Below, piece by piece: positions 42,886 to 53,022 of a DNA stretch of 64,000 bases. The notes under the pieces were generated by a model that saw only the letters and a list, made by a program, of their open reading frames with translations, was not told the DNA's origin and did not search any database. This stretch comes from an uncultured candidatus Porisulfidus sp. (GTDB taxonomy: Bacteria; Pseudomonadota; Gammaproteobacteria; Poriferisulfidales; Poriferisulfidaceae), in the NCBI GenBank assembly GCA_965116025.1, contig OZ220480.1, forward strand, positions 320,001 to 384,000. Reading direction: 5' to 3'. How positions within the stretch are numbered: the stretch's first letter is position 1; every line of letters starts with the position of its first letter. The translations under genes and the position numbers were made by a program.

Positions 42886-43914
42886 ATGAACTTCCGAATT
42901 TCCGCGATCGCCCTGCTCGCGCTGGCCGCCTCCACGGGCGCCCAGGCCCGCGACCAAATCAACATCGTCGGCTCTTCCACCGTCTATCCCTTCGCCACGG
43001 TCGTCGCCGAGCGATTCGGCAAGACCACGGCCTTCAAGACCCCGAAAATCGAATCGACCGGCTCCGGCGGCGGCCTGAAGCTGTTTTGCTCCGGCGTCGG
43101 CACCAGCACTCCGGACATCACGAACGCCTCGCGCAAGATCAAGAGCAAGGAGGTCGAGACGTGCGCCAAGAACGGCGTCGGCGACGTCACCGAGGCCAAG
43201 ATCGGCTACGACGGCATCGTCCTCGCCAACTCCAAGGCGACGGCCCCGATGGAGCTGACCCGGCGCGACATCTTCCTGGCGCTGGCGCGCGAGGTCCCGG
43301 ACCCGAACGGCGGAGAGTCCTTCGTCGCCAACCCCCACGAGACGTGGAAGGACGTCAACCCTGCCCTGCCCGACGCCAAGATCGAGGTGCTCGGCCCGCC
43401 GCCGACCTCCGGCACCCGGGACGCCTTCGCCGAGCTCGCCCTGGAAGGAGGATGCAAGACCTTCCCCTGGATCAAGGCGATGAAGAAGAAGGACAAGAAG
43501 CGCTACAAGTCCTACTGCCACTCCGTGCGCGAGGACGGCCACTACATCGAGGCGGGCGAGAACGACAACCTGATCGTGCAGAAGCTGACGGCCAACCCGG
43601 CCGCGCTCGGCGTCTTCGGGTTCAGCTTCCTGGACCAGAACTCCGACAAGGTCCAGGGCTCCGTCATCGACGGCGTCGCCCCGGCCTTCGAGGCCATCGC
43701 CGACGGCAGCTATCCGGTGTCCCGGCCGCTGTACTTCTATATCAAGAACGCCCATCTGGACGCCATCCCCGGCATCCGGGAGTTCGTCGCCGAGTTCCTG
43801 AGCGACCGAGCGAGCGGCGCCGACGGCTATCTGACCGAGAAGGGCATGATCCCGATGTCCGGAAGCGAGCGCGAGGAGCTGGTGGCCCGGGTCACCTCGT
43901 TCACCCCGCTTTGA
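42886..43914 (+). CDS. pstS: Phosphate ABC transporter substrate-binding protein (PstS family)
   Basis: Signal peptide, GSSTVYP, STGSGGG, SGTRDAF, YPVSRPLYFY. Confidence 0.93.
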   Translation: MNFRISAIALLALAASTGAQARDQINIVGSSTVYPFATVVAERFGKTTAFKTPKIESTGSGGGLKLFCSGVGTSTPDITNASRKIKSKEVETCAKNGVGDVTEAKIGYDGIVLANSKATAPMELTRRDIFLALAREVPDPNGGESFVANPHETWKDVNPALPDAKIEVLGPPPTSGTRDAFAELALEGGCKTFPWIKAMKKKDKKRYKSYCHSVREDGHYIEAGENDNLIVQKLTANPAALGVFGFSFLDQNSDKVQGSVIDGVAPAFEAIADGSYPVSRPLYFYIKNAHLDAIPGIREFVAEFLSDRASGADGYLTEKGMIPMSGSEREELVARVTSFTPL

Positions 43915-43939
43915 GGCGGGATTTCCCGAACGTTTCGAG

Positions 43940-43968
43940 GAGGGCCGCGTTCGCGGCCCTCTTTGTTT
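43940..43968 (+). terminator. Intrinsic terminator after pstS
   Basis: Stem GAGGGCCGC/GCGGCCCTC followed by TTTGTTT. Confidence 0.8.
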
Positions 43969-44050
43969 GGGGTCGTGCTCATGAACGCGACGGGCGAGAG
44001 GGCCTCTTTGCTATACTTCAATCCGCAATGCCTTTTAGCGAGATCGCCTC

Positions 44051-44515
44051 ATGGCCGTGAGCGTGTTGAGCGCCGCGAAGTTCGCGGGCGAGTTTCTGGG
44101 GTGGTCCGTCTCCCACCTTAAAATGCAGAAAATGCTTTATATCTCGCACATGTATCACCTCGGACGAACGGGTGGCGACCCACTGGTTACAGGACAATTC
44201 GAGGCTTGGGACTATGGACCGGTGCATCCGATCCTGTATCACAAGGCAAAGATTTTCGGAGCTGATCGGGTAGAGAACATTTTTCGTCTCAATCCAGACA
44301 TTCGCGAGGAAGAGGCCCAAACCCTGAAACACATATTGAAGGTGCTCCGCGAATTTGATGGAGCGAAGCTCGTCGCGATCACCCACAGTAAAAATGGCGC
44401 ATGGGCGAAACACTACCGCCCAGGAGCGCGCGGCATCACGATCCCGAACGAGGATATTCTCGAGGAATACCGGAGGCGCGCCAAAACGGACGAGCGTGAG
44501 CGAGTCGATGCCTGA
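44051..44515 (+). CDS. Panacea (DUF4065/SocA/GepA-like) antitoxin
   Basis: SHLKMQKMLY, FEAWDYGPV, LVAITH...AW, IPNEDI. Confidence 0.88.
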   Translation: MAVSVLSAAKFAGEFLGWSVSHLKMQKMLYISHMYHLGRTGGDPLVTGQFEAWDYGPVHPILYHKAKIFGADRVENIFRLNPDIREEEAQTLKHILKVLREFDGAKLVAITHSKNGAWAKHYRPGARGITIPNEDILEEYRRRAKTDERERVDA

Positions 44516-44837
44516 TACGGGCGGTTTCGAGCAGTCGCTTGAGCAAAGCGAATCAGACGAAAAAGATGAGCAGATCGAAAAACTGGAGGAATACCTCACC
44601 AAAGAGCAAGACTCCCGGAAAGAAGAACGCTTTATCGCTCTTCTCTCTTTGGTTATTTTGCTGGATATTTTCTTTTTCACGTTGATGCCGTCTCTCGGCG
44701 GTCCCATAGCGATATTAGTTCTCCAATTATTGTTATTCGTTCCCGTGGCGAGAATGATGGGCGTTAATGAGATAGGGAGATTGCTTGATAAGGTTCTCTT
44801 CCGAGTCCTCAGCAAAAAGGAAGATAATGGGCCATAG
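44508..44837 (+). CDS. Hypothetical 109-aa two-TM membrane protein, candidate Panacea partner
   Basis: ATG 44508 overlaps the upstream stop by 8 bp; acidic coiled N-terminus then two hydrophobic helices. Confidence 0.7.
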   Translation: MPDTGGFEQSLEQSESDEKDEQIEKLEEYLTKEQDSRKEERFIALLSLVILLDIFFFTLMPSLGGPIAILVLQLLLFVPVARMMGVNEIGRLLDKVLFRVLSKKEDNGP

Positions 44838-44916
44838 TGGTGCGAGTCCCGCAGCCCGAGCGATTCGGGAAATTTAGCGAAGCGAGGTCGGGCGATCCCA
44901 GCCCCATCCCCTTGGC

Positions 44917-47748
44917 ATGAAACCCGCCCCCATTCCCGACAGCCTGAAAGAAGAGGCGGAATCGGCCCTGGAGGAGATCCGGCCCGCCCTTGACGGCGAG
45001 CTTCTGGACGAGAACCGGGCGGGCCTTCTGAATCTGTTCGCCGCGAGTCCCTTCGCGGCCCGGCTCGCGCGGTCCCGTCCAGACCTTCTGGAGTCCGCCC
45101 TGCGCGACCCGAACCCAAAAGATCTGGATCCGCCAGATCCCGTGGACTCGAACGACGCGGATTTCGCTCGATCATTGCGCCACGCCCGGACTCGGGAGAT
45201 GCTCCGCGTCATGTTCCGGGACATCAACGGACTGGCGGAGCTGCCGGAGACCCTACGCGACCTGAGTTCGTTCGCGGACCGCGCCGTCATGGGCGCCGCC
45301 CATTGGCACCGCGCTCGCATGAAAGCGCCGAGCCCCACTGATCGAAACGGCGATCCCGTGCCGTTCGTGGTCCTCGGCATGGGTAAGCTCGGCGGGGCGG
45401 AACTCAACTTCTCCTCCGATATCGACTTGATCTTCGCCTATCCGGACGCGGCCTCGGATCGCGACGAGGCGCAGTCTTACTTCATTCGCTTAGGGCAAAG
45501 GACGATCAAGGCCCTGGACGAGGTCACGGCCGACGGCTTCGTGTTTCGCGTGGACATGAGGCTGCGTCCGTTCGGCTCCACCGGCAGCCTGGCGTTGCCG
45601 TTCTCGTCCATGGAGGCGTACTACCAGAATCATGGGCGCGAGTGGGAGCGCTACGCCCTGATCAAGGCGCGTCCGCTAGGCGAGCCCACGGCCGCCGGCG
45701 CGGAGCTGACCGAGCTGCTCCGCCCCTTCATCTATCGACGCTCTCTGGACTTTCAAGTGCTCGAGGACCTGCGGACCATGAAAGCCAAGATGGAGCGTCA
45801 CGCGCGCAAAGAGACGCTGGAAGACGATCTCAAGCACGGCCCTGGCGGCATCCGCGAGGCCGAGTTCATCGTGCAGAGTGCGCAATTGATTTTCGGCGGA
45901 CGGGAAAAAGCCCTGCGGCAAAACTCGTGGATGGGCGCCCTGGAGGCGATGAATCGATGCGGCAAGCTTACCGACACCGACGTGCAAGTGCTGCTCGAGG
46001 CCTATTCCACCCTCCGCGCGACGGAGAACCGGCTGCAGATGATTGAGGACCAGCAGACTCACACCTTGCCGAAAGACGAGCTGGCGAGAGAGCGGATCCG
46101 GTTCTCGATGGGACACCCGGACTGGGAGGCGTTCGTGGAAGATCTCGCCATGCAGCGGGTCAGCCTGCAACTGGAGTTCACGTGCTTGATGCGGGTGGAG
46201 CTGGAGCCGGAGCAAGAGCACCCCGAGGAGCTGAAGGCCCTGTCGCACATGATCGAGACCGCCGGGCAGAAGGACGGCGACGCGACCGGCTTGGAGGAAG
46301 TCCTGGTAAAAATGGGGGTGACGGAAGACGCGGAAGCACCGGCGCGGCGCTTGCGCGCCATCGTCTCCTCGTCCGCGTGGAGCATGCAGAACTCCGGTGG
46401 ACGCCACTACGCGCTAGCGCTGATCCCGAAAATGATCGAGACGGCCTGCCGGCAAGAGAGCCCGGCCGACGTGCTGAACCTCTTGCTCGACTCTCTGGAA
46501 ACCCTTCTGCGCCGACCCGACTGCATGGCCCTGCTGGCCGAGAATCCTCCGGCGCTGAACCTGCTGGCTGAATTGATCCGCCGTAGCCCCTGGGTGCAGA
46601 CGCAGATCCTGCGGTCTCCCCACCTCATCGACGAGCTGCTCGCCCCGACCACGCTGTTCGGGGAGCGCGCTCCGGAAACCCTGCGCGAGATTCTGCATCG
46701 GGCCCTGCCGGACGACGCGGACGATCTGGAGCGGCAGATGAGCGCCTTGCGCCAGTTCCGGCAGTCCCAGACCCTGCAAGTCGCCGCCTGCAACCTGATC
46801 CACTCGAAATCCCTGTCGGACGTGAGCGACGAGCTGACCTGGATCGCCGAGACCGTCACGTCCTGCGCTTGGTACCTCGCGCTGCGCAAGCAGCTCCAGC
46901 GCGACGGCCAGCCCCATTGCGTGGTGGACGGCCAGCGCCGTCCGGCGCATTGCGCGGTCATCGCCTACGGCAAGTTCGGGGGGCTGGAATTGGGATTCAA
47001 CTCGGACCTGGATCTGGTGTTCGCGCACGACAGCGAGGGCGAGGAGCAGATGACCGATGGCGAGAATCCGGTCTACAACGAATATTTCTTCACCCGCGTG
47101 GTCCAGCGGTTCATCCACATCATGGAAACCCTGACTTCCGACGGAGCCTTGTACGAGATCGACCCGCGGCTACGACCCGGCGGGCAGTCCGGCCAAACCG
47201 TATGCGGTCTCCGCTACTACGAGAAATACCTGCGGGAGAAGGCCTGGACTTGGGAGCGTCAGGCCTTGGCGCGCGCCCGAGCGGTCGCGGGCGAGGAATC
47301 CGCGCGCGCGGCGTTCGGGGAGGTCCGGGCCCGGACCCTGCGCGCGCGCCGCGAGACCGCCGCGTTGCGGAAGGACTTCTTGGACATGCGCCGACGAATG
47401 CTCGAGGAGCGCCCGCCCCGACCCGAGAGCTTCCACCTCAAGAACGACCCCGGAGGCGTGACCGATATCGAGTTTCTGGTGCACTATAATGTGTTGTTCC
47501 ACGCCAGCGACCACCCGGAGATCATCGAGCCGACCGCCACGGTGATGATTCTGGACCGTCTGGCGGAAAGCGGCCTGATGGAGACCGAGACCGTCGAATT
47601 CTTGCGCTCTTGCTACTTCGCCTACCGCGACCGGATCCACGTACTCAGCCTGCAGGAAGAACCCCCGCGCGCTCCGCCGGAAGAATTCGCGGACGAGCGC
47701 GAGACGATCAGGAAAATCTGGAACGAGACCTTCGAACTGGCGACGTGA
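44917..47748 (+). CDS. glnE: Glutamine synthetase adenylyltransferase/adenylyl-removing enzyme
   Basis: Two NTase domains, MGKLGGAELNFSSDIDL and YGKFGGLELGFNSDLDL. Confidence 0.96.
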   Translation: MKPAPIPDSLKEEAESALEEIRPALDGELLDENRAGLLNLFAASPFAARLARSRPDLLESALRDPNPKDLDPPDPVDSNDADFARSLRHARTREMLRVMFRDINGLAELPETLRDLSSFADRAVMGAAHWHRARMKAPSPTDRNGDPVPFVVLGMGKLGGAELNFSSDIDLIFAYPDAASDRDEAQSYFIRLGQRTIKALDEVTADGFVFRVDMRLRPFGSTGSLALPFSSMEAYYQNHGREWERYALIKARPLGEPTAAGAELTELLRPFIYRRSLDFQVLEDLRTMKAKMERHARKETLEDDLKHGPGGIREAEFIVQSAQLIFGGREKALRQNSWMGALEAMNRCGKLTDTDVQVLLEAYSTLRATENRLQMIEDQQTHTLPKDELARERIRFSMGHPDWEAFVEDLAMQRVSLQLEFTCLMRVELEPEQEHPEELKALSHMIETAGQKDGDATGLEEVLVKMGVTEDAEAPARRLRAIVSSSAWSMQNSGGRHYALALIPKMIETACRQESPADVLNLLLDSLETLLRRPDCMALLAENPPALNLLAELIRRSPWVQTQILRSPHLIDELLAPTTLFGERAPETLREILHRALPDDADDLERQMSALRQFRQSQTLQVAACNLIHSKSLSDVSDELTWIAETVTSCAWYLALRKQLQRDGQPHCVVDGQRRPAHCAVIAYGKFGGLELGFNSDLDLVFAHDSEGEEQMTDGENPVYNEYFFTRVVQRFIHIMETLTSDGALYEIDPRLRPGGQSGQTVCGLRYYEKYLREKAWTWERQALARARAVAGEESARAAFGEVRARTLRARRETAALRKDFLDMRRRMLEERPPRPESFHLKNDPGGVTDIEFLVHYNVLFHASDHPEIIEPTATVMILDRLAESGLMETETVEFLRSCYFAYRDRIHVLSLQEEPPRAPPEEFADERETIRKIWNETFELAT

Positions 47749-48674
47749 GCACCCTCGCCCCAAATCCTGACGCCGTGATCTGGCTGGACGGCCGCATGGT
47801 CCCTTGGGAGAAGGCGACCACGCACGTGCTCACCCACAGCCTGCATTACGGCAGCGGCGTGTTCGAGGGACTGCGCGCGTTCGCCACTGAGCAAGGACCG
47901 GCCATCTTTCGCCTGCGGGAGCACACCGACCGTCTGTTCGCCTCGGCCGACTGCGTCGGCATGCGCCTTCCGTACGCCCGCGAGGAAATCAATCAGGCTT
48001 GCGTCGACGCGGTTCGAGAGAACCGGCTGGAAACGGCTTACATCCGGCCCATCTGCTTCTACGGCCCGGAGGGACTGGGACTGCATGCCGAGGGGCTGGA
48101 GGTGCATGCCGCGGTGGCGGCTTGGGAGTGGGGCGTCTATCTCGGCGTGGAGGGTCTGGAGCGAGGAATCCGGGTCCACACGTCCTCCATCGTTCGCGAC
48201 CGCGTGAACGCGCCGCTGACGAGCTCCAAGATCTGCGGCAACTACGTTTATTCCGCCGTGGCGACCGCACGGGCGAAAAGCGCCGGATACGACGAGGCCC
48301 TGCTGCTGGAGGCGGACGGGCGAATCTCGGAAGGAAGCGGCGAGAATCTGTTTCTCGTCCGCGACGGCGTTCTGGAAACCCCCGCGCTCGGCTCGGCCCT
48401 GGACGGGATCACCCGCCGCACCATCATCGAGCTCGCCCGCGAGAGCGGCATTGAGGTGCGGGAGAACCGTCTGGCCCGAGACGACCTGCTACGGTGCGAT
48501 GAGGCGTTTTTCACCGGAACGGCCGCCGAGGTCACGCCGATCCAGGAACTGGACGGCGCGACCATCGGCGACGGCCAGCGCGGGCCGCTCACCACGCGCC
48601 TGCAACGGCAGTATCAAGACATCGTCAGCGGTCGCTCCGAGACGCACCTCCACTGGCTAACGCCCGCGCGCTGA
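47745..48674 (+). CDS. ilvE: Branched-chain amino acid aminotransferase
   Basis: HSLHYGSGVFEG, KICGNY, EGSGEN, LDGITR, TGTAAE; GTG start overlapping the glnE stop. Confidence 0.95.
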   Translation: MSTLAPNPDAVIWLDGRMVPWEKATTHVLTHSLHYGSGVFEGLRAFATEQGPAIFRLREHTDRLFASADCVGMRLPYAREEINQACVDAVRENRLETAYIRPICFYGPEGLGLHAEGLEVHAAVAAWEWGVYLGVEGLERGIRVHTSSIVRDRVNAPLTSSKICGNYVYSAVATARAKSAGYDEALLLEADGRISEGSGENLFLVRDGVLETPALGSALDGITRRTIIELARESGIEVRENRLARDDLLRCDEAFFTGTAAEVTPIQELDGATIGDGQRGPLTTRLQRQYQDIVSGRSETHLHWLTPAR

Positions 48675-48676
48675 TC

Positions 48677-48904
48677 ATGCCAAGCCCCCATACCGCGGAC
48701 CATCCGGACGATTTCCAGACGCCAAACCAAGCGGTCCGGAAAAACGTCCACCGCAGCCAACTTCCCCTCCACTGTCCCATGCCGGGCTCCAGCTTATGGG
48801 ATTCCCACCCTCGGGTGTTCCTGCCTATCGAGGACGCGCCGGACCACAAGATTCGGTGCCCTTATTGCGGAACCGTGTACACGCTGGTGGACGCGGACCA
48901 GTGA
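48677..48904 (+). CDS. Small zinc-finger protein (zf-CHCC)
   Basis: LHCP...HPRVFL...CPYC. Confidence 0.88.
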   Translation: MPSPHTADHPDDFQTPNQAVRKNVHRSQLPLHCPMPGSSLWDSHPRVFLPIEDAPDHKIRCPYCGTVYTLVDADQ

Positions 48905-48910
48905 TTTCCG

Positions 48911-50335
48911 GTGCGCCTGAGCCTGCCTGACTTCTCCGAAATCCGCGTCCTGGTGGTCGGGGACGTGATGCTGGACCGCTACTGGGTCGGAAAGTCCGAG
49001 CGCATCTCGCCAGAGGCCCCGGTGCCAGTCGTGGCGATCGAGGATGAGCAGCAAAGGGTCGGCGGGGCGGGCAACGTAGCCGTCAACCTCGCGTCGCTAG
49101 GCGCGCGCGCCACGCTTCTCGCGCCGATCGGACCGGACCAGCCAGGCCGCGCCGTCGCGCGCCTGATCCGCAAGCGCGGGATCGAGAATCGCCTCATGAT
49201 TCAAGCCGACATGAGCACGTCGGTCAAGTTGCGGGTCGTCAGCCAACACCAGCAACTGATCCGACTGGACTTCGAGAAGCCAAGCCTTCCCGACAAGGCA
49301 GCGTTTCTGAAGCGATTTCGCGCGGCCTTGGCGAGCCGTGACGTGGCCATCCTGTCGGATTACGGGAAAGGCGCGCTGCATGACCCCCAGCCGCTGATCA
49401 ACCTGTGCCGCCGCATGGGAAAGCCCGTCTTCGTGGACCCCAAGCGCGACGACTTCTCCGCCTACGCCGGCGCCACCGCCATCACGCCGAACCGCCGCGA
49501 GCTGGAAGCCGTGGCGGGCTCCGCGCCAGCCCTTACTGACATCTCCAGAAAGGCCGGAAAACTCTGCCGCCAGCACCGCCTGAAGGCGATGCTGGTCACG
49601 CTTGGCGATCAGGGCATGCTGCTGCGCGAAGGCCGAAAAAGCGTTCACCTCGCCGTGGCCGCGCAGGACGTGTTCGACGTCACCGGCGCCGGAGACACCG
49701 TCATCGCCACGCTCGCATGCGCCCATGCCGCGGGACTATCGCTGGAAGAGGCCATGCGCTTGGCGAACCTGGCCGCGGGGCAGGTGGTGGGCAAGTTCGG
49801 AACGGCTTCCGTCACGCCAGACGAGCTGCAGAGCGCCGTCCGCCTCGAGCGGAACGTCAAGGCCGGCGTCGTTCCCTCCAGCATCCTCCGTAGACTGGTC
49901 GGAGAAGCCCGAGCGCTGGGCGAGACGATCGTCTTCACGAACGGCTGCTTCGACCTGCTCCACGCCGGCCACGTCACGTTGCTGGAGCGCGCCGCGGATC
50001 TGGGCGACCGGCTGATCGTGGCCGTCAACACCGACGCCTCGGTTCGCCGCAACAAGGGACGAGACCGCCCGATCCAGCCGCTGAAATACCGGCAACGAGT
50101 GCTGGCCGCTCTGGAGCGCGTCGACTGGGTCACGGCGTTCTCCCAAGACACTCCGGAACGGCTGATTCAGGAGATCCAGCCGGACGTGCTGGTCAAGGGA
50201 GCCGATTACGCGACCGACCGGATCGTCGGCAAAAAAGAAGTCGAGAAGGCGGGCGGAAAAGTCGTCGTCCTTCCGCTCGTGGAGGGCTGCTCGACCACGG
50301 ATCTGGTCCGGCGCGTCCGCGAGAGCGCGAAGTAG
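48911..50335 (+). CDS. hldE: Bifunctional heptose-7-phosphate kinase / heptose-1-phosphate adenylyltransferase
   Basis: RISPEAPVPV, DVTGAGDT, FTNGCFDLLHAGH. Confidence 0.96.
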   Translation: MRLSLPDFSEIRVLVVGDVMLDRYWVGKSERISPEAPVPVVAIEDEQQRVGGAGNVAVNLASLGARATLLAPIGPDQPGRAVARLIRKRGIENRLMIQADMSTSVKLRVVSQHQQLIRLDFEKPSLPDKAAFLKRFRAALASRDVAILSDYGKGALHDPQPLINLCRRMGKPVFVDPKRDDFSAYAGATAITPNRRELEAVAGSAPALTDISRKAGKLCRQHRLKAMLVTLGDQGMLLREGRKSVHLAVAAQDVFDVTGAGDTVIATLACAHAAGLSLEEAMRLANLAAGQVVGKFGTASVTPDELQSAVRLERNVKAGVVPSSILRRLVGEARALGETIVFTNGCFDLLHAGHVTLLERAADLGDRLIVAVNTDASVRRNKGRDRPIQPLKYRQRVLAALERVDWVTAFSQDTPERLIQEIQPDVLVKGADYATDRIVGKKEVEKAGGKVVVLPLVEGCSTTDLVRRVRESAK

Positions 50336-50338
50336 TCC

Positions 50339-51352
50339 ATGTCCAGCCGGGACCGGGACCCACGCGTCCTGGTGGTAGCGCAAGCCTGGGTCGGCGACCT
50401 CGTGCTGAGCCAGATTCTGTACGTCCTCCTTAAGCGGCGACGACCCGACTTCTCCATCGACGTGGTCGCGCCCAGCTGGGCGGCGGCCCTGCTCGCGCGG
50501 ATGCCCCAAGTCGCGCGCCATATCGCCCTTGACGTCCGACGCGGCCAGCTGGGATTGTGGCGACGGTGGGCCGCCGCCCGGCGCCTGGACGCGGAATATC
50601 GACGGGCCATCGTCATTCCCCGCTCCGCGAAGGCCGCGGCGCTACCGTGGGTCGCTGGCATCCGGAAACGAGTCGGGTTCGGACCCGGAACGCGCGCGGG
50701 ACTCATCAACGACCCGCGCCCGCGCCCTCCAGACGCCCGGACCCGGATGGCGCGTCTGGCTTCCCGACAAATCATCGATCCCGCCTTCCTCCCTCGACCC
50801 AAGCTGGCCATCAATCCAGAAGAGGCCGCATCCGTGCCGCGAGAGTGGAAGATTGATCCCGGGGAACCGATGGTTGGGCTCATGCCGGGGGCCGCCTATG
50901 GCCCCGCCAAGGAGTGGGGCGCGAAATCCTTCGCCCGGCTGGCCGCCATGCTCGCCGCGCGAGGGCGACGCGTCTGCGTGATAGGCGCTCCGGGAGACCG
51001 TCCCTTGGGCGAGACCATCGTTCGCGCCGCGCCAAGGCATGCCATTAATCTGTGCGGCGAGACCAGTCTGGAGCAAGCCATCCTCCTGATCTCGAGACTC
51101 ACGGTCGCGGTCTGCAACGACTCTGGACTCATGCACGTCGCCGCGGCCGTGGACACCCCGGTGGTCGGGATTTACGGCCCGACCAGCCCCGACACGCACC
51201 CGCCCCTGACGGACGCCCGGAGAATTCTCTCGGTGGAGGTCCCATGCAGTCCCTGCCACCGCCGCGCCTGCCCGTATCAGAGTCATGCATGCATGGCCCG
51301 CATCACGCCGGAACGGGCGCTTGAGGCCGCGATGGCCCTGCTGCCCGAATGA
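50339..51352 (+). CDS. waaF: LPS heptosyltransferase II (GT9)
   Basis: WVGDLV, PGAAYGPAKEW, NDSGLMHVAAA. Confidence 0.9.
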   Translation: MSSRDRDPRVLVVAQAWVGDLVLSQILYVLLKRRRPDFSIDVVAPSWAAALLARMPQVARHIALDVRRGQLGLWRRWAAARRLDAEYRRAIVIPRSAKAAALPWVAGIRKRVGFGPGTRAGLINDPRPRPPDARTRMARLASRQIIDPAFLPRPKLAINPEEAASVPREWKIDPGEPMVGLMPGAAYGPAKEWGAKSFARLAAMLAARGRRVCVIGAPGDRPLGETIVRAAPRHAINLCGETSLEQAILLISRLTVAVCNDSGLMHVAAAVDTPVVGIYGPTSPDTHPPLTDARRILSVEVPCSPCHRRACPYQSHACMARITPERALEAAMALLPE

Positions 51353-51416
51353 GCGGCGTTGCTACAATGGCGGGGTGGCCCGGAGCCTTGGAGACAAGGC
51401 CGTCGGGAGAATGCGG

Positions 51417-51504
51417 GCCGAGATGGCGGAATCGGTAGACGCGCCGGACTCAAAATCCGGTGGGGCAGCCCCCCGTGTGGGTTCGAGTCCCACTCTCGGT
51501 ACCA
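51417..51504 (+). tRNA. tRNA-Leu(CAA)
   Basis: Acceptor GCCGAGA/TCTCGGT, anticodon arm CCGGA-CTCAAAA-TCCGG, long variable arm, TTCGA loop, encoded CCA. Confidence 0.96.
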
Positions 51505-51567
51505 GCAGCCCCAGCGGTATCGCGGGGGCGCGGTAACATCTTCGGACTGGTGGCGGATTCCGCCGCG

Positions 51568-52773
51568 TCAGGCGAAGAGACGCACGATAAACCGCTCGCC
51601 ATCTTCAATGAGGTCGGCCTCCGTCCCGTTGCGCAGCCTCATGCCGCGCACGATCTTTCTCGGTACCCCCATCCCCATATGCTCGACATAGCCATAGTCC
51701 CGCATCACGTCCTTCAGCAACGGGTCTTGGGCAGCCCTGGCTCCAACCCGCATGCGTTCGGGCGTTATGCCATTGGGTAGTCTTCCAGGCGAGATGACCT
51801 CCAGCCGGTCCTGGTACACCGCCAGCTCAATGTCCGTATTCGCCAGAAGGTAGTCTCTATGGATAAGCGCGTTCGTCACGGCTTCACGCACTACTTCATC
51901 AGGGTAAGTCGAGTGTCCCACGCGACGCGCGCTGTCCTTAAGGTCGCCGCTCACAGGAGTGTTTCGTCTAACGAACTCCAACGCCTGCTCAACGAGGCCA
52001 GCTTCCAAAAGTTCGCCACCACGGTCCGAAAGTGATGTCATGGGACCGCGCAACTTTCTCCGCTCAATAGCCGCATAGTCCTTTTCTGACCCTGAAAACG
52101 CTGCCGCGTCAATGCCCGCCTGCGGCAGAAAGCGATTCGGCATGGAGCCGAAAAGCAACAGGCCTGACCAACCCACACCATCCTCAACCATGATTCCCGT
52201 GTTGACCAACAAGGTCCGCCAGCTCGATTCGTCGTCATCATCTGGAATTTCCTGCTGACGAATCACCTGAAAATACTCCTTGAGCCGACGACGGTCCAGA
52301 TCGTCGAGCGTCGTCCCATGAGCGGGCCGCAGGTCGGCGCGAAGCGCCCCGCGTCGCCGAAAGAGCCAGTCCAGTTCTTCGGGAGTCGACTCTCGGCTCC
52401 GCGTTCCAACCCGGACGAAATAGACGTTTCCGTCATCGCTCCGCTGGCTATGCGCGTAAACGCCGCGCGGCACCCGCACGACCACGACATCAGCGCCCGG
52501 GCGAGCGTCCTTGATCGTCTCGAAATATGGGGTGACCGCCGGCATGATCTTGTCCCGGCATACGTCCGCCACCCACTCCTCCAGACGTTCCCGCGTCACC
52601 CCGACTACGGTTCCGTCATCATCCACGCCGAGAAAAACCCTGCCGCCCTCCAGGTTGGAGAACGCGACCAGATCCTTAGCGAGGTCGTGATCCCGCGCGT
52701 CGTCCCGCTTGAACTCGATGCCGGAATTCTCACCATTCGCGATGATCTCCAGGAGCTCCACCCGCGTCGTCAT
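51568..52773 (-). CDS. AlbA_2 (Schlafen-like) + HATPase_c_4 domain protein
   Basis: GENSGIEFK, AFSNLEGG..LGVDDDG, REAVTNALIHRDY, ISPGRLP, EHMGMGV. Confidence 0.85.
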   Translation of the reverse strand: MTTRVELLEIIANGENSGIEFKRDDARDHDLAKDLVAFSNLEGGRVFLGVDDDGTVVGVTRERLEEWVADVCRDKIMPAVTPYFETIKDARPGADVVVVRVPRGVYAHSQRSDDGNVYFVRVGTRSRESTPEELDWLFRRRGALRADLRPAHGTTLDDLDRRRLKEYFQVIRQQEIPDDDDESSWRTLLVNTGIMVEDGVGWSGLLLFGSMPNRFLPQAGIDAAAFSGSEKDYAAIERRKLRGPMTSLSDRGGELLEAGLVEQALEFVRRNTPVSGDLKDSARRVGHSTYPDEVVREAVTNALIHRDYLLANTDIELAVYQDRLEVISPGRLPNGITPERMRVGARAAQDPLLKDVMRDYGYVEHMGMGVPRKIVRGMRLRNGTEADLIEDGERFIVRLFA

Positions 52774-53022
52774 AATCAAAGTCGTATTGGGGCGGCGCGT
52801 CTCGAAGGGATTTCCACCGTGCCGTATTGTGTATTGCGAGCGACGCTCCATCGGAATCGGCTTCTCTCCAAACTTGAGATGATCCAGCGGACCGGCATGC
52901 CGGGCGCGGTGTCCGGATGGCCTTCATCGTCTCGATACTCCGAGCCGAACGGAGAGAGTTCCCTGCGATGGATTTCGCCAAAGGAACCGGTTAAAATTCT
53001 GGCGCGCGACTTGTTCCACCCG

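Noticed and set aside
51480-53020. Integrative element at tRNA-Leu
   Set aside because: No integrase and no duplicated tRNA 3' end found by eye.
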